This document shows, one piece after another, positions 52,121 to 61,975 of a stretch of 64,000 bases of DNA. The stretch spans positions 96,001 through 160,000 of the forward strand of contig JBDHZC010000004.1 of assembly GCA_039811685.1 (NCBI GenBank), read 5' to 3'. The notes beneath the pieces were generated by a model that saw nothing but the letters and a program-made list of their open reading frames with translations, searched no databases and had not been told where the DNA came from. The stretch comes from Armatimonadota bacterium (lineage in GTDB: Bacteria; Armatimonadota; UBA5829; DSUL01). The position numbers and the translations under genes were made by a program. The stretch's first letter is position 1; the number at the start of each line of letters is the position of its first letter.

Positions 52121-53926
52121 TCAGCGGCTGACACTGGCGCTGCCTCTGGTCTTGTGCATACGCTCCAGCAGTCTGGAGGGTGGGACGTTACTCAGTACTC
52201 TGTCTGCTGCCTCTTTCCCGTTCGGGCCGAGGAATATGACCGTAGGAAGGCCGCGCACCCCAAATCGCTTTTGCACCTCTTTTACGCGCTCGCTGCGGCT
52301 GTCAGTGGCATCAAAGCTGAGCCGTACGAAATCCCGAGATAGCGCAACGACCTTCGGGTCCCTGAACGCCCCTTCCTTGAGCTCTTCGCACGCCGCGCAC
52401 CACGTGGCTCCAAAGTCAATAATAACGGGCTGACTTTTCTCGGCCGCTTGTTGAATCCTGGCCTCTGCATAAGGCTCCCACTCGATGCCCGCGCCCTTTG
52501 GCAGAACCTGAGCAATGCCGAACAGCACCAATACTGTGCCCGCTCCAACGCGAACAACCGCCAGACTCACCGGCTTCCATCCAGAATGCTCAACAAAAGC
52601 CAGCCACAGGCCGGCGCCTATTGCCAGCGCACCCATCATATAAGATGCCGTTGTCAACCCTGTCACTGTGCGCAGGAAGTACACAGCGGCGCCCAGCATT
52701 AGAACGCCCATGAAATGCTTGACCCACTCCATCCATGCGCCGGATCGAGGGAGGCTTCCGGAAAATATGGCCAGCGCGAGGAGTGGTGTCGTAATGCCCA
52801 GCGCCAGCACAAAAAAGAGCAGCAGTCCAACCATCGGTCTGGCCAACTGCCCAACGAATGTGAGCAGAGCGATAGTTGCAGGTCCGGTGCAGGGCGCGGC
52901 GACGACCCCAAACAAAAGTCCCATAACGAACGCGCCCCCGTAACCTGCTTTCGCGCCGGATTTGCTTGCCAGAAACGCGGGCGGTTTCAATTCGTAAAGC
53001 CCGAGCATGCTCAGCCCCATAGCTGCGATAATTACGGCGAATGTCCCAAGTACCCACGGGTTGGACAGCCACGACCCAAACAGCGCTCCGGAAGTTGCTG
53101 CGGCGAATCCCAGAATGGAGTACGTCGTACACAGTCCGGCGACGTAGGTTATCGCCAGCGCAATCAAGCGCGCCCTGCTGTCAGATGCCTGGCCCTGGAA
53201 GTAGCCGAGTGTGACCGGAATCAATGGAAATACGCAGGGAGTCAGGCTCAGCAGCAGTCCAGCCCCAAACACCAGCGCAAACAGAATTACCCAACCCCGG
53301 TCGCGCACGACTCCCGCAAACGGGTTGGATTGGCTGGCTAACTGCAGATCCGGCGCTACGGTGGCCTCTGGTTCCCTGAAGAGCGCTTCTGTCGAAGCCG
53401 CAGAAGTCTCAGGACCCACAACAAGTTGTACTTTGGAAGTCGCCTCGTCAGGTGGATAGCACTGTTCATCCGTACACCCCTGATATGAGACTCGCATCTG
53501 TAGCGCGGTACTGGCCTGCGGGGCTGTCGGAGTTACCTCGGCCTTCACAAGAATTACGTCGCCGTCTTCGTAGACCGGATACTGCTTGCCGTTTGAAAAT
53601 GAGAACGCTTTCTGCTTTGGAGTCGGGTAGACAATGTTCTTTATCCGGACAGAAGCTGGCGCTCTTACCTCGAGAACAGTTGGAATGAGCGTTTCATCAG
53701 ACGGTTTGTTGGACTGAATGTGAAACCCGTTCAGAACATTCAGCCGGACGGCGACAACTGTCGCATCTCCAGGCGCAACAGTCTTGTTGCGCGCTTTGGC
53801 CGTGAGTTTAACGACTGGCTGACCGCCGGGTCCCGAGAACGCAAGGCCCTGGGCTGCGGACAGTACGGGCACTGACAGCATAGCCAGCGCAATAAGCAGA
53901 CGGGCTTTTAACAAGGGTCTCCTCAA
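52121..53926 (-). CDS. dsbD: Protein-disulfide reductase DsbD
   Basis: N-domain YQGC...CYPP; TM domain LTPCVFPLIP and APCTGP; thioredoxin WCAAC. Confidence 0.93.
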   Translation of the reverse strand: MRRPLLKARLLIALAMLSVPVLSAAQGLAFSGPGGQPVVKLTAKARNKTVAPGDATVVAVRLNVLNGFHIQSNKPSDETLIPTVLEVRAPASVRIKNIVYPTPKQKAFSFSNGKQYPVYEDGDVILVKAEVTPTAPQASTALQMRVSYQGCTDEQCYPPDEATSKVQLVVGPETSAASTEALFREPEATVAPDLQLASQSNPFAGVVRDRGWVILFALVFGAGLLLSLTPCVFPLIPVTLGYFQGQASDSRARLIALAITYVAGLCTTYSILGFAAATSGALFGSWLSNPWVLGTFAVIIAAMGLSMLGLYELKPPAFLASKSGAKAGYGGAFVMGLLFGVVAAPCTGPATIALLTFVGQLARPMVGLLLFFVLALGITTPLLALAIFSGSLPRSGAWMEWVKHFMGVLMLGAAVYFLRTVTGLTTASYMMGALAIGAGLWLAFVEHSGWKPVSLAVVRVGAGTVLVLFGIAQVLPKGAGIEWEPYAEARIQQAAEKSQPVIIDFGATWCAACEELKEGAFRDPKVVALSRDFVRLSFDATDSRSERVKEVQKRFGVRGLPTVIFLGPNGKEAADRVLSNVPPSRLLERMHKTRGSASVSR

Positions 53927-54013
53927 GGTGTGCTCGCTGAACTGGGCGCACCTGTTGTTCGCACGCCAGCTCGCTCAATCTGTAACGACATAGTGTACAA
54001 TGGTAACGTTCGC

Positions 54014-55219
54014 ATGACAGGCATACGTTCCATCGAAGCCTTGGCTCCACCAGTTTACCTTGACTACGCAGCTACCACACCGCTGCATCCCCGCGTGCTG
54101 GAAGAAATGCTTCCGCATCTTACCCGTGAGCATGGAAATCCCTCAAGCCCACACGCTTTTGGCAGACGAGCGCGCTCGGCTGTTGATCTTGCGCGAGACC
54201 GCGTTGCCCGGCTGCTACATGGGGACATCTCCGAAGTGTGCTTCACCAGCGGAGGTACAGAGGCGGATAATCTTGCGCTATTTGGAGTCGCGCGCTCGGT
54301 CACCCAGCGGCGGCGCATCGTTGTCAGCGCCATAGAGCATCACGCAGTTCTGAACGCCGCTTCCCGGCTGGGAGAGATGGGCTTCGACGTTGTCCAGATA
54401 CCCGCCACCAGATCAGGAAGCATCGATCTGAACTCTGCCATGACACTCATCAATGAGGATACCGCGCTTGTGAGTGTGATGTTTGCTAACAATGAGACCG
54501 GCGTACTCCTGCCGATCAAGGCGATTGCCAGAATGGCCCACGAGGCGGGCGCCCTCATGCATACAGATGCTGTGCAGGCGGGCGGCCTGATGAGACTGGA
54601 CCCTCATGATCTTGGTGTGGACTTGCTGAGTATATCGGCGCACAAATTCTACGGTCCAAAGGGCGCGGGGGCACTGTGGGTGAGGCGCGGATTGAAGATC
54701 AAACCCGTGCTCTACGGCGGCGCTCAGGAGCGCGAGAGGCGGGCGGGAACCGAGAACGTTGCGGCTATTGCCGGCTTTGGCAGAGCGGCTGATGTTGCTC
54801 TGACTGAACGCAATCACTGGGTGCTGCAAGTTGACTCTGCGCGGCAGGCTTTTCAGCAAGAGCTTGCGCACCTGGAAGGCGTGCAGTATCACGGCATCGA
54901 AGAACAGCGCCTGCCCTCTATCATCAATTTCTCTGTCTCCGGCGTGGCCGCAGAGCTGCTGACGATGCGGCTGGATGGATTGGGACTGGCCATCAGCACA
55001 GGCGCCGCGTGTGCCTCTGGATCGCTGGAACCCTCACATGTCCTGCTGGCGATGGGCATGGATGAAGCTGAGGTCAGGTCCTCTGTTCGTGTGAGCTTTG
55101 GGCGAGGTTCAACGCAGGAATCTTCGCGGGCCGCCGCACAACTGCTGGGAGCCGTAGTCACCGATATGCGCCTTGCGGCATCAGCGCCCAACCCGTATTG
55201 CCGGACTGCCCGTTCGTGA
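54014..55219 (+). CDS. Cysteine desulfurase (IscS/NifS family)
   Basis: YLDYAATTP, GNPSS, TSGGTE, NNETG, HTDAVQ, SAHKFYGPKG, STGAACASG. Confidence 0.93.
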   Translation: MTGIRSIEALAPPVYLDYAATTPLHPRVLEEMLPHLTREHGNPSSPHAFGRRARSAVDLARDRVARLLHGDISEVCFTSGGTEADNLALFGVARSVTQRRRIVVSAIEHHAVLNAASRLGEMGFDVVQIPATRSGSIDLNSAMTLINEDTALVSVMFANNETGVLLPIKAIARMAHEAGALMHTDAVQAGGLMRLDPHDLGVDLLSISAHKFYGPKGAGALWVRRGLKIKPVLYGGAQERERRAGTENVAAIAGFGRAADVALTERNHWVLQVDSARQAFQQELAHLEGVQYHGIEEQRLPSIINFSVSGVAAELLTMRLDGLGLAISTGAACASGSLEPSHVLLAMGMDEAEVRSSVRVSFGRGSTQESSRAAAQLLGAVVTDMRLAASAPNPYCRTARS

Positions 55220-55322
55220 CAGAGTTGAGCGCGTTATTTGGCGGGTAGGGCGACCTCTCACAGACGTCCAGTGCCGCATTGCTCCATAAGGGCGCATCCG
55301 GCGTGGAGCGTCCGTCATTTAA

Positions 55323-55352
55323 TTGACACTGCAGCGCGGGCGTCACTATACT
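55323..55352 (+). promoter_or_regulatory. Sigma70-type promoter of mlaEFD
   Basis: TTGACA-18 bp-TATACT. Confidence 0.65.
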
Positions 55353-55412
55353 ACCTGCGGCGACGCGGATTAGCTTGCGCAAACCCTCTTCTGACGTCTG
55401 CCAGCAGCGCTT

Positions 55413-56249
55413 ATGGCTCAACGCGGTGACATCCTGGAAAAAACGGCTCAAGAGCTTGTGCAGGTAGCGGCGCTGCCCACACGCTACGCTTCCCAGCAGT
55501 TGATGGAGTTTCTGGAGACTCTGGGGGAGGCGGTCTATCTGCTGATCCACAGCTTCCGTTGCATGTTCAGCAGGTCACATGTCTGGGTGGATGCAGTCAC
55601 GCAGATGGGCATTCTCGGCGTCAACTCCCTGGCGCTTGTCATGATCACTGTGGCGTTCTCTGGCATGGTTTTGTCCCTGTACTCCAGCCAGCTTCTGGTC
55701 AAGTGGGGTGTCGGGAGCTTTGTGGGAGGTGGGTTGGCGCTGTCAATAGTGCGCGAAATTGCGCCCGTTCTCACGGCTGTTGTTGTCGCGGCGCGCGCTG
55801 GTTCCGCAATATCCTCGGAGATTGGCACCATGAAAGTGACTGAGCAGATTGACGCTCTGCGGTCGCTCTCTATAGACCCTGTCGAGTTTCTTGTCACTCC
55901 TCGAGTCATCGCCAGCGTCGCGGTCTTTCCCATGCTGACTGTCTTCGCCAACTGGACGGGGATGCTGGGCGGTTATCTGGTAGCGGTGTTGCAGGGAGTG
56001 GCAGGCGGTGCTTTCAAAGAATCCGTTCAGCGAATGCTTATGGGTTATGACATCTCCATGGGGCTGGTGAAGGCCGCCATCTTCGGTCTGGTTGTCGCTC
56101 TGGTGTGTTGTCAACAGGGACTGCGCACGCACGGAGGCGCTACGGGTGTGGGCCGGTCCACGACAAACGCCGTTGTCATCAGCATCGTGGCAATCTACAT
56201 TCTCAATTTCTTCCTGGCCTATATTATGTTCGGCCGGTCGATGGGCTGA
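55413..56249 (+). CDS. mlaE: MlaE family ABC permease
   Basis: REIAPVLTAVVVAARAGS, EIGTMKVTEQIDAL, GGATGVGRSTTNAVV. Confidence 0.93.
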   Translation: MAQRGDILEKTAQELVQVAALPTRYASQQLMEFLETLGEAVYLLIHSFRCMFSRSHVWVDAVTQMGILGVNSLALVMITVAFSGMVLSLYSSQLLVKWGVGSFVGGGLALSIVREIAPVLTAVVVAARAGSAISSEIGTMKVTEQIDALRSLSIDPVEFLVTPRVIASVAVFPMLTVFANWTGMLGGYLVAVLQGVAGGAFKESVQRMLMGYDISMGLVKAAIFGLVVALVCCQQGLRTHGGATGVGRSTTNAVVISIVAIYILNFFLAYIMFGRSMG

Positions 56250-57040
56250 TGCCGACTTCGCATACCAGAAATGTTATAGAGGTTGAGGGTCTCACGTATA
56301 CTGTCGATGGCCGGACAATTCTGGCAGATCTGGCCATTGCGGTCTCAAAAGCCGAAATAGTGGGTGTTGTCGGCGCTTCGGGCTCAGGGAAAAGTACGCT
56401 GATAAAGTGTCTGGCGGCGCTTACAAGTGCGGACGCTGGCAGCATTCTCATCAACGGCAGGCAGATTGTCGGAATGCCTGAGCGCAAGCTGAAAGAGGTG
56501 CGCTCAGAGGTTGGGTTTGTCTTTCAGTATTCTGCGTTGTTTGATTCGATGACAGTTTTTGAGAATATCGCTCTTGCGCCAATGAGGCGTCTGTCGTACA
56601 CTCGAACGCAGGCGATGGAGCTGGTTCGGGAGAAGCTCCAGCTTGTTCAGCTTGACGGTGTGCAGGACTACTATCCGGGCCAGCTCTCCGGTGGTATGGC
56701 GAAGCGGGTCGGGCTTGCGCGTGCGCTTGCGCTGGAGCCGGCCATTTTGTTCTATGACGAGCCAACGAGTGGCCTTGACCCACCCACGGCCCGGTCTATA
56801 GATGAGTTGATCGTAGACATGCGCAGGCAACTCGGTGTGACCTCCGTGGTGGTCTCACACGATGTGCCTGCGCTTGCCCGGATCGCCGACAGGATTGCGC
56901 TTCTGGACGGGGGAAAAATCGCAGTAATGGCTCCTCCACAGGAGTTTGTCCGCTCTGATCATCCTGTCGTGCGCCAGTTCGTTTCTGCAGACAACTTCGG
57001 TATCGCCGACGCTGAGAAACACTCTACCGATGGTACGTGA
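56249..57040 (+). CDS. mlaF: MlaF family ABC ATPase
   Basis: GASGSGKS, FQYSALFDSMTV, LSGGMAKRVGLARAL, YDEPTSGLDP. Confidence 0.93.
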   Translation: MPTSHTRNVIEVEGLTYTVDGRTILADLAIAVSKAEIVGVVGASGSGKSTLIKCLAALTSADAGSILINGRQIVGMPERKLKEVRSEVGFVFQYSALFDSMTVFENIALAPMRRLSYTRTQAMELVREKLQLVQLDGVQDYYPGQLSGGMAKRVGLARALALEPAILFYDEPTSGLDPPTARSIDELIVDMRRQLGVTSVVVSHDVPALARIADRIALLDGGKIAVMAPPQEFVRSDHPVVRQFVSADNFGIADAEKHSTDGT

Positions 57041-58394
57041 TTCGAGAATAAAAAACATTAAGGTTGGCATTTACGCCATCCTTTCATTCGTGTTGGTAAT
57101 TGCAGCGTACGCGTACATTCACTCGATACAGATATCTGGGCGATCGTATGACCTTGACGTAATTTTCAATGACGCCCAGGGCGTGGATACCGGCGCTCCG
57201 GTGATGATGTCCGGTGTGAAGATCGGGCAGGTGAAGCGTGTATCGCTCACAGATGCTAACAAGGCGCTCATTACGGTGCGCATACGCGCGGACCAGGATA
57301 TCCCGCCGGGCTCCGCGGCGCGTCTGGCGTCCAGTTCGCTATTGGGTGACCGCTACATTGAGTTTGTTCCGGGACCTCCCAGCAGCAAACGAATGTCTCC
57401 GGGCGAAACTCTGGTCGGCATTCCCGCAATAACGTTAGATGACTTGCTTCCCCAGGTATCTCGACTGATGGACCGTCTGGAGTCTGTCGGCGCCTCCGCT
57501 CAGAGCCTTCTGGATGACAAGCAACTGCGGCTGAGTCTGGATTCCACGATGAAGAACCTGGATGCGGCGTCTGCAGGCGCAGTCGGGCTGGTAAACGATC
57601 TGCGTTCAATAACGGCGTCAAACCGCACGCCGGTCCAGGCCATGACCAGCAACCTGGCCGCAGCGATGGGCAACCTCAACGCGGCAATCGCACAGATCAA
57701 CTCAATGATGCAGGGCGGTCGTAAGGAAGACATTCAAAATATCGTCGCGAATCTGAAAAGCGCGTCCAGACAGATCGAAGCGGCATCCACTCACGCATCG
57801 GAGGCTGCCGCCAATGCAGCGTCTCTTACAGGTGATCCACAGATGCGTCAAGATTTGCAGCAGAGTATGCAAAACGTGCGGGAAACTACCGAGTCCGCCA
57901 AAGCAATCGTGGACAGGGTAGCGCAGGTCGTCGGCGTGAAGCAGACGGGTACAGCTACAAAATCTCCGGCGGCGCGTCCGAAGCCTCCTTCGGGTCTTGG
58001 GCTCAAAGTTGACACGCTCTTCGATGCGGATCGCGGCAAGTCCAGGATAGACGCAAATTACGATTTTCGGCTGGGTGGCGACAAATTCTATCGTGTCGGG
58101 GTTTTCGACATCGGAGAGACTCCACGCGTGAATGCGCAGGTCGGAAAAGTGCTAAAAAGTGGAGATTCTCTTCGGGGCGGCCTCTACCAATCGCGGTTGG
58201 ATTTAGGGTATGATTGGCAGGCGGGTGGACTGTGGACTGTTCATGGCGACCTCTATCGGCCGAATGATCCAAGGCTGGATGTCAAGGCTCTGCGCTCAAT
58301 CAGCCCGGACATGGGCGCATGGATTGGCATCGAAGGTATCGGTGGAGGCAAAGACGGCAACCGCCCGGTTCTGGGACTTCAGTTCAAGTTTTAG
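57030..58394 (+). CDS. mlaD: MlaD/MCE protein with long helical region and C-terminal beta-barrel-like domain
   Basis: N-terminal TM; MCE core (GVDTGAPV.MSGVKIGQV, LLGDRYIEF.PG); helical repeats; amphipathic beta-strands ending LGLQFKF. Confidence 0.88.
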   Translation: MVRDSRIKNIKVGIYAILSFVLVIAAYAYIHSIQISGRSYDLDVIFNDAQGVDTGAPVMMSGVKIGQVKRVSLTDANKALITVRIRADQDIPPGSAARLASSSLLGDRYIEFVPGPPSSKRMSPGETLVGIPAITLDDLLPQVSRLMDRLESVGASAQSLLDDKQLRLSLDSTMKNLDAASAGAVGLVNDLRSITASNRTPVQAMTSNLAAAMGNLNAAIAQINSMMQGGRKEDIQNIVANLKSASRQIEAASTHASEAAANAASLTGDPQMRQDLQQSMQNVRETTESAKAIVDRVAQVVGVKQTGTATKSPAARPKPPSGLGLKVDTLFDADRGKSRIDANYDFRLGGDKFYRVGVFDIGETPRVNAQVGKVLKSGDSLRGGLYQSRLDLGYDWQAGGLWTVHGDLYRPNDPRLDVKALRSISPDMGAWIGIEGIGGGKDGNRPVLGLQFKF

Positions 58395-58459
58395 GTATTA
58401 GAGCGCCCCGTTCCACCTTCAGCGCCGGTAGGGACGAGGCTCGCAGAGGTTGTTTTTCT

Positions 58460-58915
58460 ATGAAAGTAATTCTCACCAAAGAGGTTTCGAATCTCGGTAA
58501 GCAGGGTGACGTCGTCACTGTCGCCGAAGGCTATGCGCGCAATTATCTCCTCCCTCGAAAAATGGCGATTGAGGCGTCCAAAGGCAATATGCAGAACATT
58601 GAGCGTCAGCACGCTTTGGAAGAGCGCCTGAAGGAGAAGCGTGTTGCTACGGCGCAGGCTGCGGCCGGGGCGCTCGAAGGCAAGACCATCACGATCCGTG
58701 GCAAGGTGGGCGCTGGCGCGAAGCTGTTCGGCTCTATTACCGCGAGCGACATTGCCGACGCCGTCAAGGCACAAACTGGCGTAGAGCTTGATCGCCGAAA
58801 GATTGATCTGCACAAGCCGCTGCGCTCCATTGGAGAGCACGAGGTACCGGTCAGGCTGCACCGCGAAGTGTCTGGTAAGCTCAAAGTTGAGATCGTTTCC
58901 GATGAGCAGGAGTGA
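58460..58915 (+). CDS. rplI: 50S ribosomal protein L9
   Basis: MKVIL..V.NLGKQGDVV.V..GYARNYLLP, KLFGSIT. Confidence 0.97.
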   Translation: MKVILTKEVSNLGKQGDVVTVAEGYARNYLLPRKMAIEASKGNMQNIERQHALEERLKEKRVATAQAAAGALEGKTITIRGKVGAGAKLFGSITASDIADAVKAQTGVELDRRKIDLHKPLRSIGEHEVPVRLHREVSGKLKVEIVSDEQE

Positions 58916-59075
58916 CCTGCGGTCACTGTGACGCCCTCGGGACAAATCGTCCTTCGCTGAGTTCTTCTGGTTCTGGCGGGGCTAACGCCGGGCCATTCCA
59001 GTTCCGACCTGGCTGCTCCCGCTATGCCGGAGTAGTCCGGTTATGCTCGTCTGTTCTGAAAAGGCGGTATTCCAG

Positions 59076-60515
59076 ATGATAGACTCCTTTTCGGCCTCAG
59101 AGCTGCCTTCCGGAACTGTGAAGGCGGCAAAGGCTCCGCCGCACAATCTCGAAGCTGAACAGTCCACTCTCGGTTCAATGCTGCTGGACAGCGCTGCGTG
59201 TGAGCAGGCGGCCGAGATTCTCCAGCCAGAAGACTTCTACCGTCACGCGCACCGGATTATTTTCGAGACGCTCCTCCTCCTGATTGAGAAAGACGAAGCG
59301 ATTGATCCGATTACGGTCTGCGAGGAGTTGCGCTCCAGCGAGAAACTGGAGCAGGCGGGCGGACGAGACTACGTTATCTCTCTGACGGATTTTGTCCCCT
59401 CTTCCGCCAACATCAGGTTTTACGCAGAGATCGTGCAGGAGAAAGCTATCCTGCGAAAACTGCTCGAAGCCGCACACGACATTCAGGGGCTGGGGTACTC
59501 CGAGGCGGAAGACGTTAGCTCACTTCTCGATCAGGCAGAACAGATCGTGTTCAGAGTCGGGCAACGCCGGGTTGGCGACTCCTTCCATGCCTTGCCACCT
59601 CTGCTCAACGACGCCTGGGACCGGATAGAGGCGCTCTACGGTTCGGCTGGTAAGACGACAGGTGTGCCAACGGGCTTTGAGCACCTTGACTATATGACCA
59701 GCGGTCTCCAGCCGAGCGATCTGGTTATTGTCGCTGCCCGCCCGTCAATGGGAAAGACCGCGCTTGCGCTGAACATGGCTGTTCACGGAGCGCTCAACAC
59801 CAAACAGCCCGTGGCGATCTTCAGCCTGGAGATGTCCAAAGAGCAGCTCGTGCAGCGCATTTTGTGCACAGAGGCTCGAGTCAACGGGCACTATTTGCGT
59901 ACCGGGAATCTGCGCGACGGGGATTGGGACAGAATTGCTCAGGCCAGCACGCGCCTTCAGGAAGCGCCCATCTACATTGATGACTCGCCTGAGTGCTCGG
60001 CAATGGCTATGCGCGCAAAGTGCCGCCGGCTGCGTTCGGAGCACGGACTAGGTCTCATAGTTGTGGACTATCTCCAGCTGATGCGCTGGCACCGGACGAC
60101 TGAAAACCGAAACCAGGAGATCTCCGAGATAGCCCGCTCGCTCAAAAGTCTGGCGCGGGAGATGAGGGTGCCGTTGATTGCCCTGTCTCAGCTCTCACGG
60201 CAGACAGAGCGGCGCGAAGGCAACAAACCGATGCTTTCCGACCTTCGCGAATCCGGCGCGATTGAAGCGGAAGCGGACGTCGTCATGATGATATATCGCC
60301 CTGCGTACTACCAGAATCGGGAAGTGCCGCAGGAGCCTGAGAGCGCCCGTGAAGACGGCATTGAGGTTCCAGACCACAAAGAGGGCGAGGAAGCTCAGAT
60401 CATAATAGCGAAGCAGCGCAATGGCCCAACTGGCACTGTGCGCGTGACGTTCATTCCAAAATATGCATCTTTTGAAAATCTGGCGTACAGCGTAGATGAA
60501 CCGGACCCCTACTGA
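59076..60515 (+). CDS. dnaB: Replicative DNA helicase
   Basis: PPHNLEAEQ, ARPSMGKT, FSLEMS, DYLQL, SQLSR, SDLRESGAIE, KQRNGPTG; no intein; start uncertain. Confidence 0.97.
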   Translation: MIDSFSASELPSGTVKAAKAPPHNLEAEQSTLGSMLLDSAACEQAAEILQPEDFYRHAHRIIFETLLLLIEKDEAIDPITVCEELRSSEKLEQAGGRDYVISLTDFVPSSANIRFYAEIVQEKAILRKLLEAAHDIQGLGYSEAEDVSSLLDQAEQIVFRVGQRRVGDSFHALPPLLNDAWDRIEALYGSAGKTTGVPTGFEHLDYMTSGLQPSDLVIVAARPSMGKTALALNMAVHGALNTKQPVAIFSLEMSKEQLVQRILCTEARVNGHYLRTGNLRDGDWDRIAQASTRLQEAPIYIDDSPECSAMAMRAKCRRLRSEHGLGLIVVDYLQLMRWHRTTENRNQEISEIARSLKSLAREMRVPLIALSQLSRQTERREGNKPMLSDLRESGAIEAEADVVMMIYRPAYYQNREVPQEPESAREDGIEVPDHKEGEEAQIIIAKQRNGPTGTVRVTFIPKYASFENLAYSVDEPDPY

Positions 60516-60592
60516 TCTGCTCCGGGCTTGTCCGGCTGGGTCGTCGGAGTTGAACGGGTAGCGTCTGGAGTATCCGAAAATCAGGAGAGTCT

Positions 60593-61882
60593 TTGCGAGA
60601 TAGCAATCTAAATGTCTTAGTTATCGGAGGCGGCGGCAGAGAGCATGCTCTGACCGCCGCGCTTGTGTCCAGCGCTCGAGTGGCGAGTGTTGTTTGCGCT
60701 CCGGGGAACGCCGGCATGGCCCAAATAGCTGAGTGCGTGCCGGTGGGTGTCAAAGAACACGGCAGGCTGGTGGACCTGGCCCGGAAACGTGAGATAGACA
60801 TGGCAGTCTGCGGACCGGAAACGCCGCTCATTGCCGGGCTGGCTGATGAGTTTCTGGAGGCTGGAATTCCGTTCTTCGGGCCGAGAGAGTACAACGCCCA
60901 GATCGAAGGCAGCAAGATTTTTGCCAAGCAGGTGATGCAGGAAGCCAAAGTCCCCACGGGAGACTGGGAAGCCTTCGACGCCTTTGAGCCAGCTCTGAAA
61001 GCAGCCGGACGGCGGCTGAGTCGCGACGGGGGAGTGGTCATCAAGGCTGACGGAGAAGCAGCGGGCAAGGGCGTCTTCGTCTGTGAGGACATCAGTCAGG
61101 CGCAGGCTGCTCTTCAGACGATTCTCGTTGACAGGGCGTTTGGGAGCTCTGGAGATCGCGTGCTTGTCGAAGAGCGATTGACGGGTCAGGAAGTCTCGGT
61201 GATGGTCATTGCGACTGGTGAGAAGATCGTTGCCATGCCACCCGTGCAGGATCACAAGCGCGTATTTGATGGTGATCGGGGGCCCAATACCGGCGGAATG
61301 GGCTGTTATTCTCCGGTTCCGGTGTTGCCGCCTGATCTTCATCGCCAGGCTTTGGACGTGGCGGTTCTGCCAGTGCTGCGGTGGTTTGGTATCAAGGGGA
61401 TGCCCTACTTTGGCTGCTTGTACGCGGGGCTGATGATCACAGACAAGGGCCTCAAAGTTCTGGAGTACAACTGCCGCTTCGGGGACCCGGAGACACAGGT
61501 TGCCCTGCCCATGCTCAGATCAGATTTTGGCGAGATCATGGTGGCTGCGGTGTCTAATCGGTTAGACAGAATAAAGCCGGCATGGTATGATGGCTGCGGC
61601 GTTTGTGTCGTGCTGGCCTCGGGCGGATATCCGGGTGAGTATGCCACCGGGTACCCGATTCACGGCGTCGACGAGCTGAATCACACAGACAAAGTCTCGG
61701 TGTTTCACGCGGGGACATCTCTTGATGGTGATCAACTGGTCACTTCGGGCGGACGTGTGCTCTGTGTGACTGCGTTGGATGACTCCTTTGTCGAAGCTCG
61801 ACGCCGTGCCTATGAGGCTCTCAGCCACATAAGTTTCCAGGACATGCACTTTAGAAAGGATATAGGAGCCCGTCTGTCGTGA
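60593..61882 (+). CDS. purD: Phosphoribosylamine--glycine ligase
   Basis: GGGGREHAL, APGNAG, QDHKR, GPNTGGMG, YNCRFGDPE, TSGGRVL. Confidence 0.97.
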   Translation: MRDSNLNVLVIGGGGREHALTAALVSSARVASVVCAPGNAGMAQIAECVPVGVKEHGRLVDLARKREIDMAVCGPETPLIAGLADEFLEAGIPFFGPREYNAQIEGSKIFAKQVMQEAKVPTGDWEAFDAFEPALKAAGRRLSRDGGVVIKADGEAAGKGVFVCEDISQAQAALQTILVDRAFGSSGDRVLVEERLTGQEVSVMVIATGEKIVAMPPVQDHKRVFDGDRGPNTGGMGCYSPVPVLPPDLHRQALDVAVLPVLRWFGIKGMPYFGCLYAGLMITDKGLKVLEYNCRFGDPETQVALPMLRSDFGEIMVAAVSNRLDRIKPAWYDGCGVCVVLASGGYPGEYATGYPIHGVDELNHTDKVSVFHAGTSLDGDQLVTSGGRVLCVTALDDSFVEARRRAYEALSHISFQDMHFRKDIGARLS

Positions 61883-61975
61883 GAGTTTGGATTCCTTCAT
61901 CCGGACCATTCTCAGCGGGTTACTGTATCCAGATTTTCCCCTCTCTCAGCTTTCTGCCAGCCGGAGGCGCAAATC

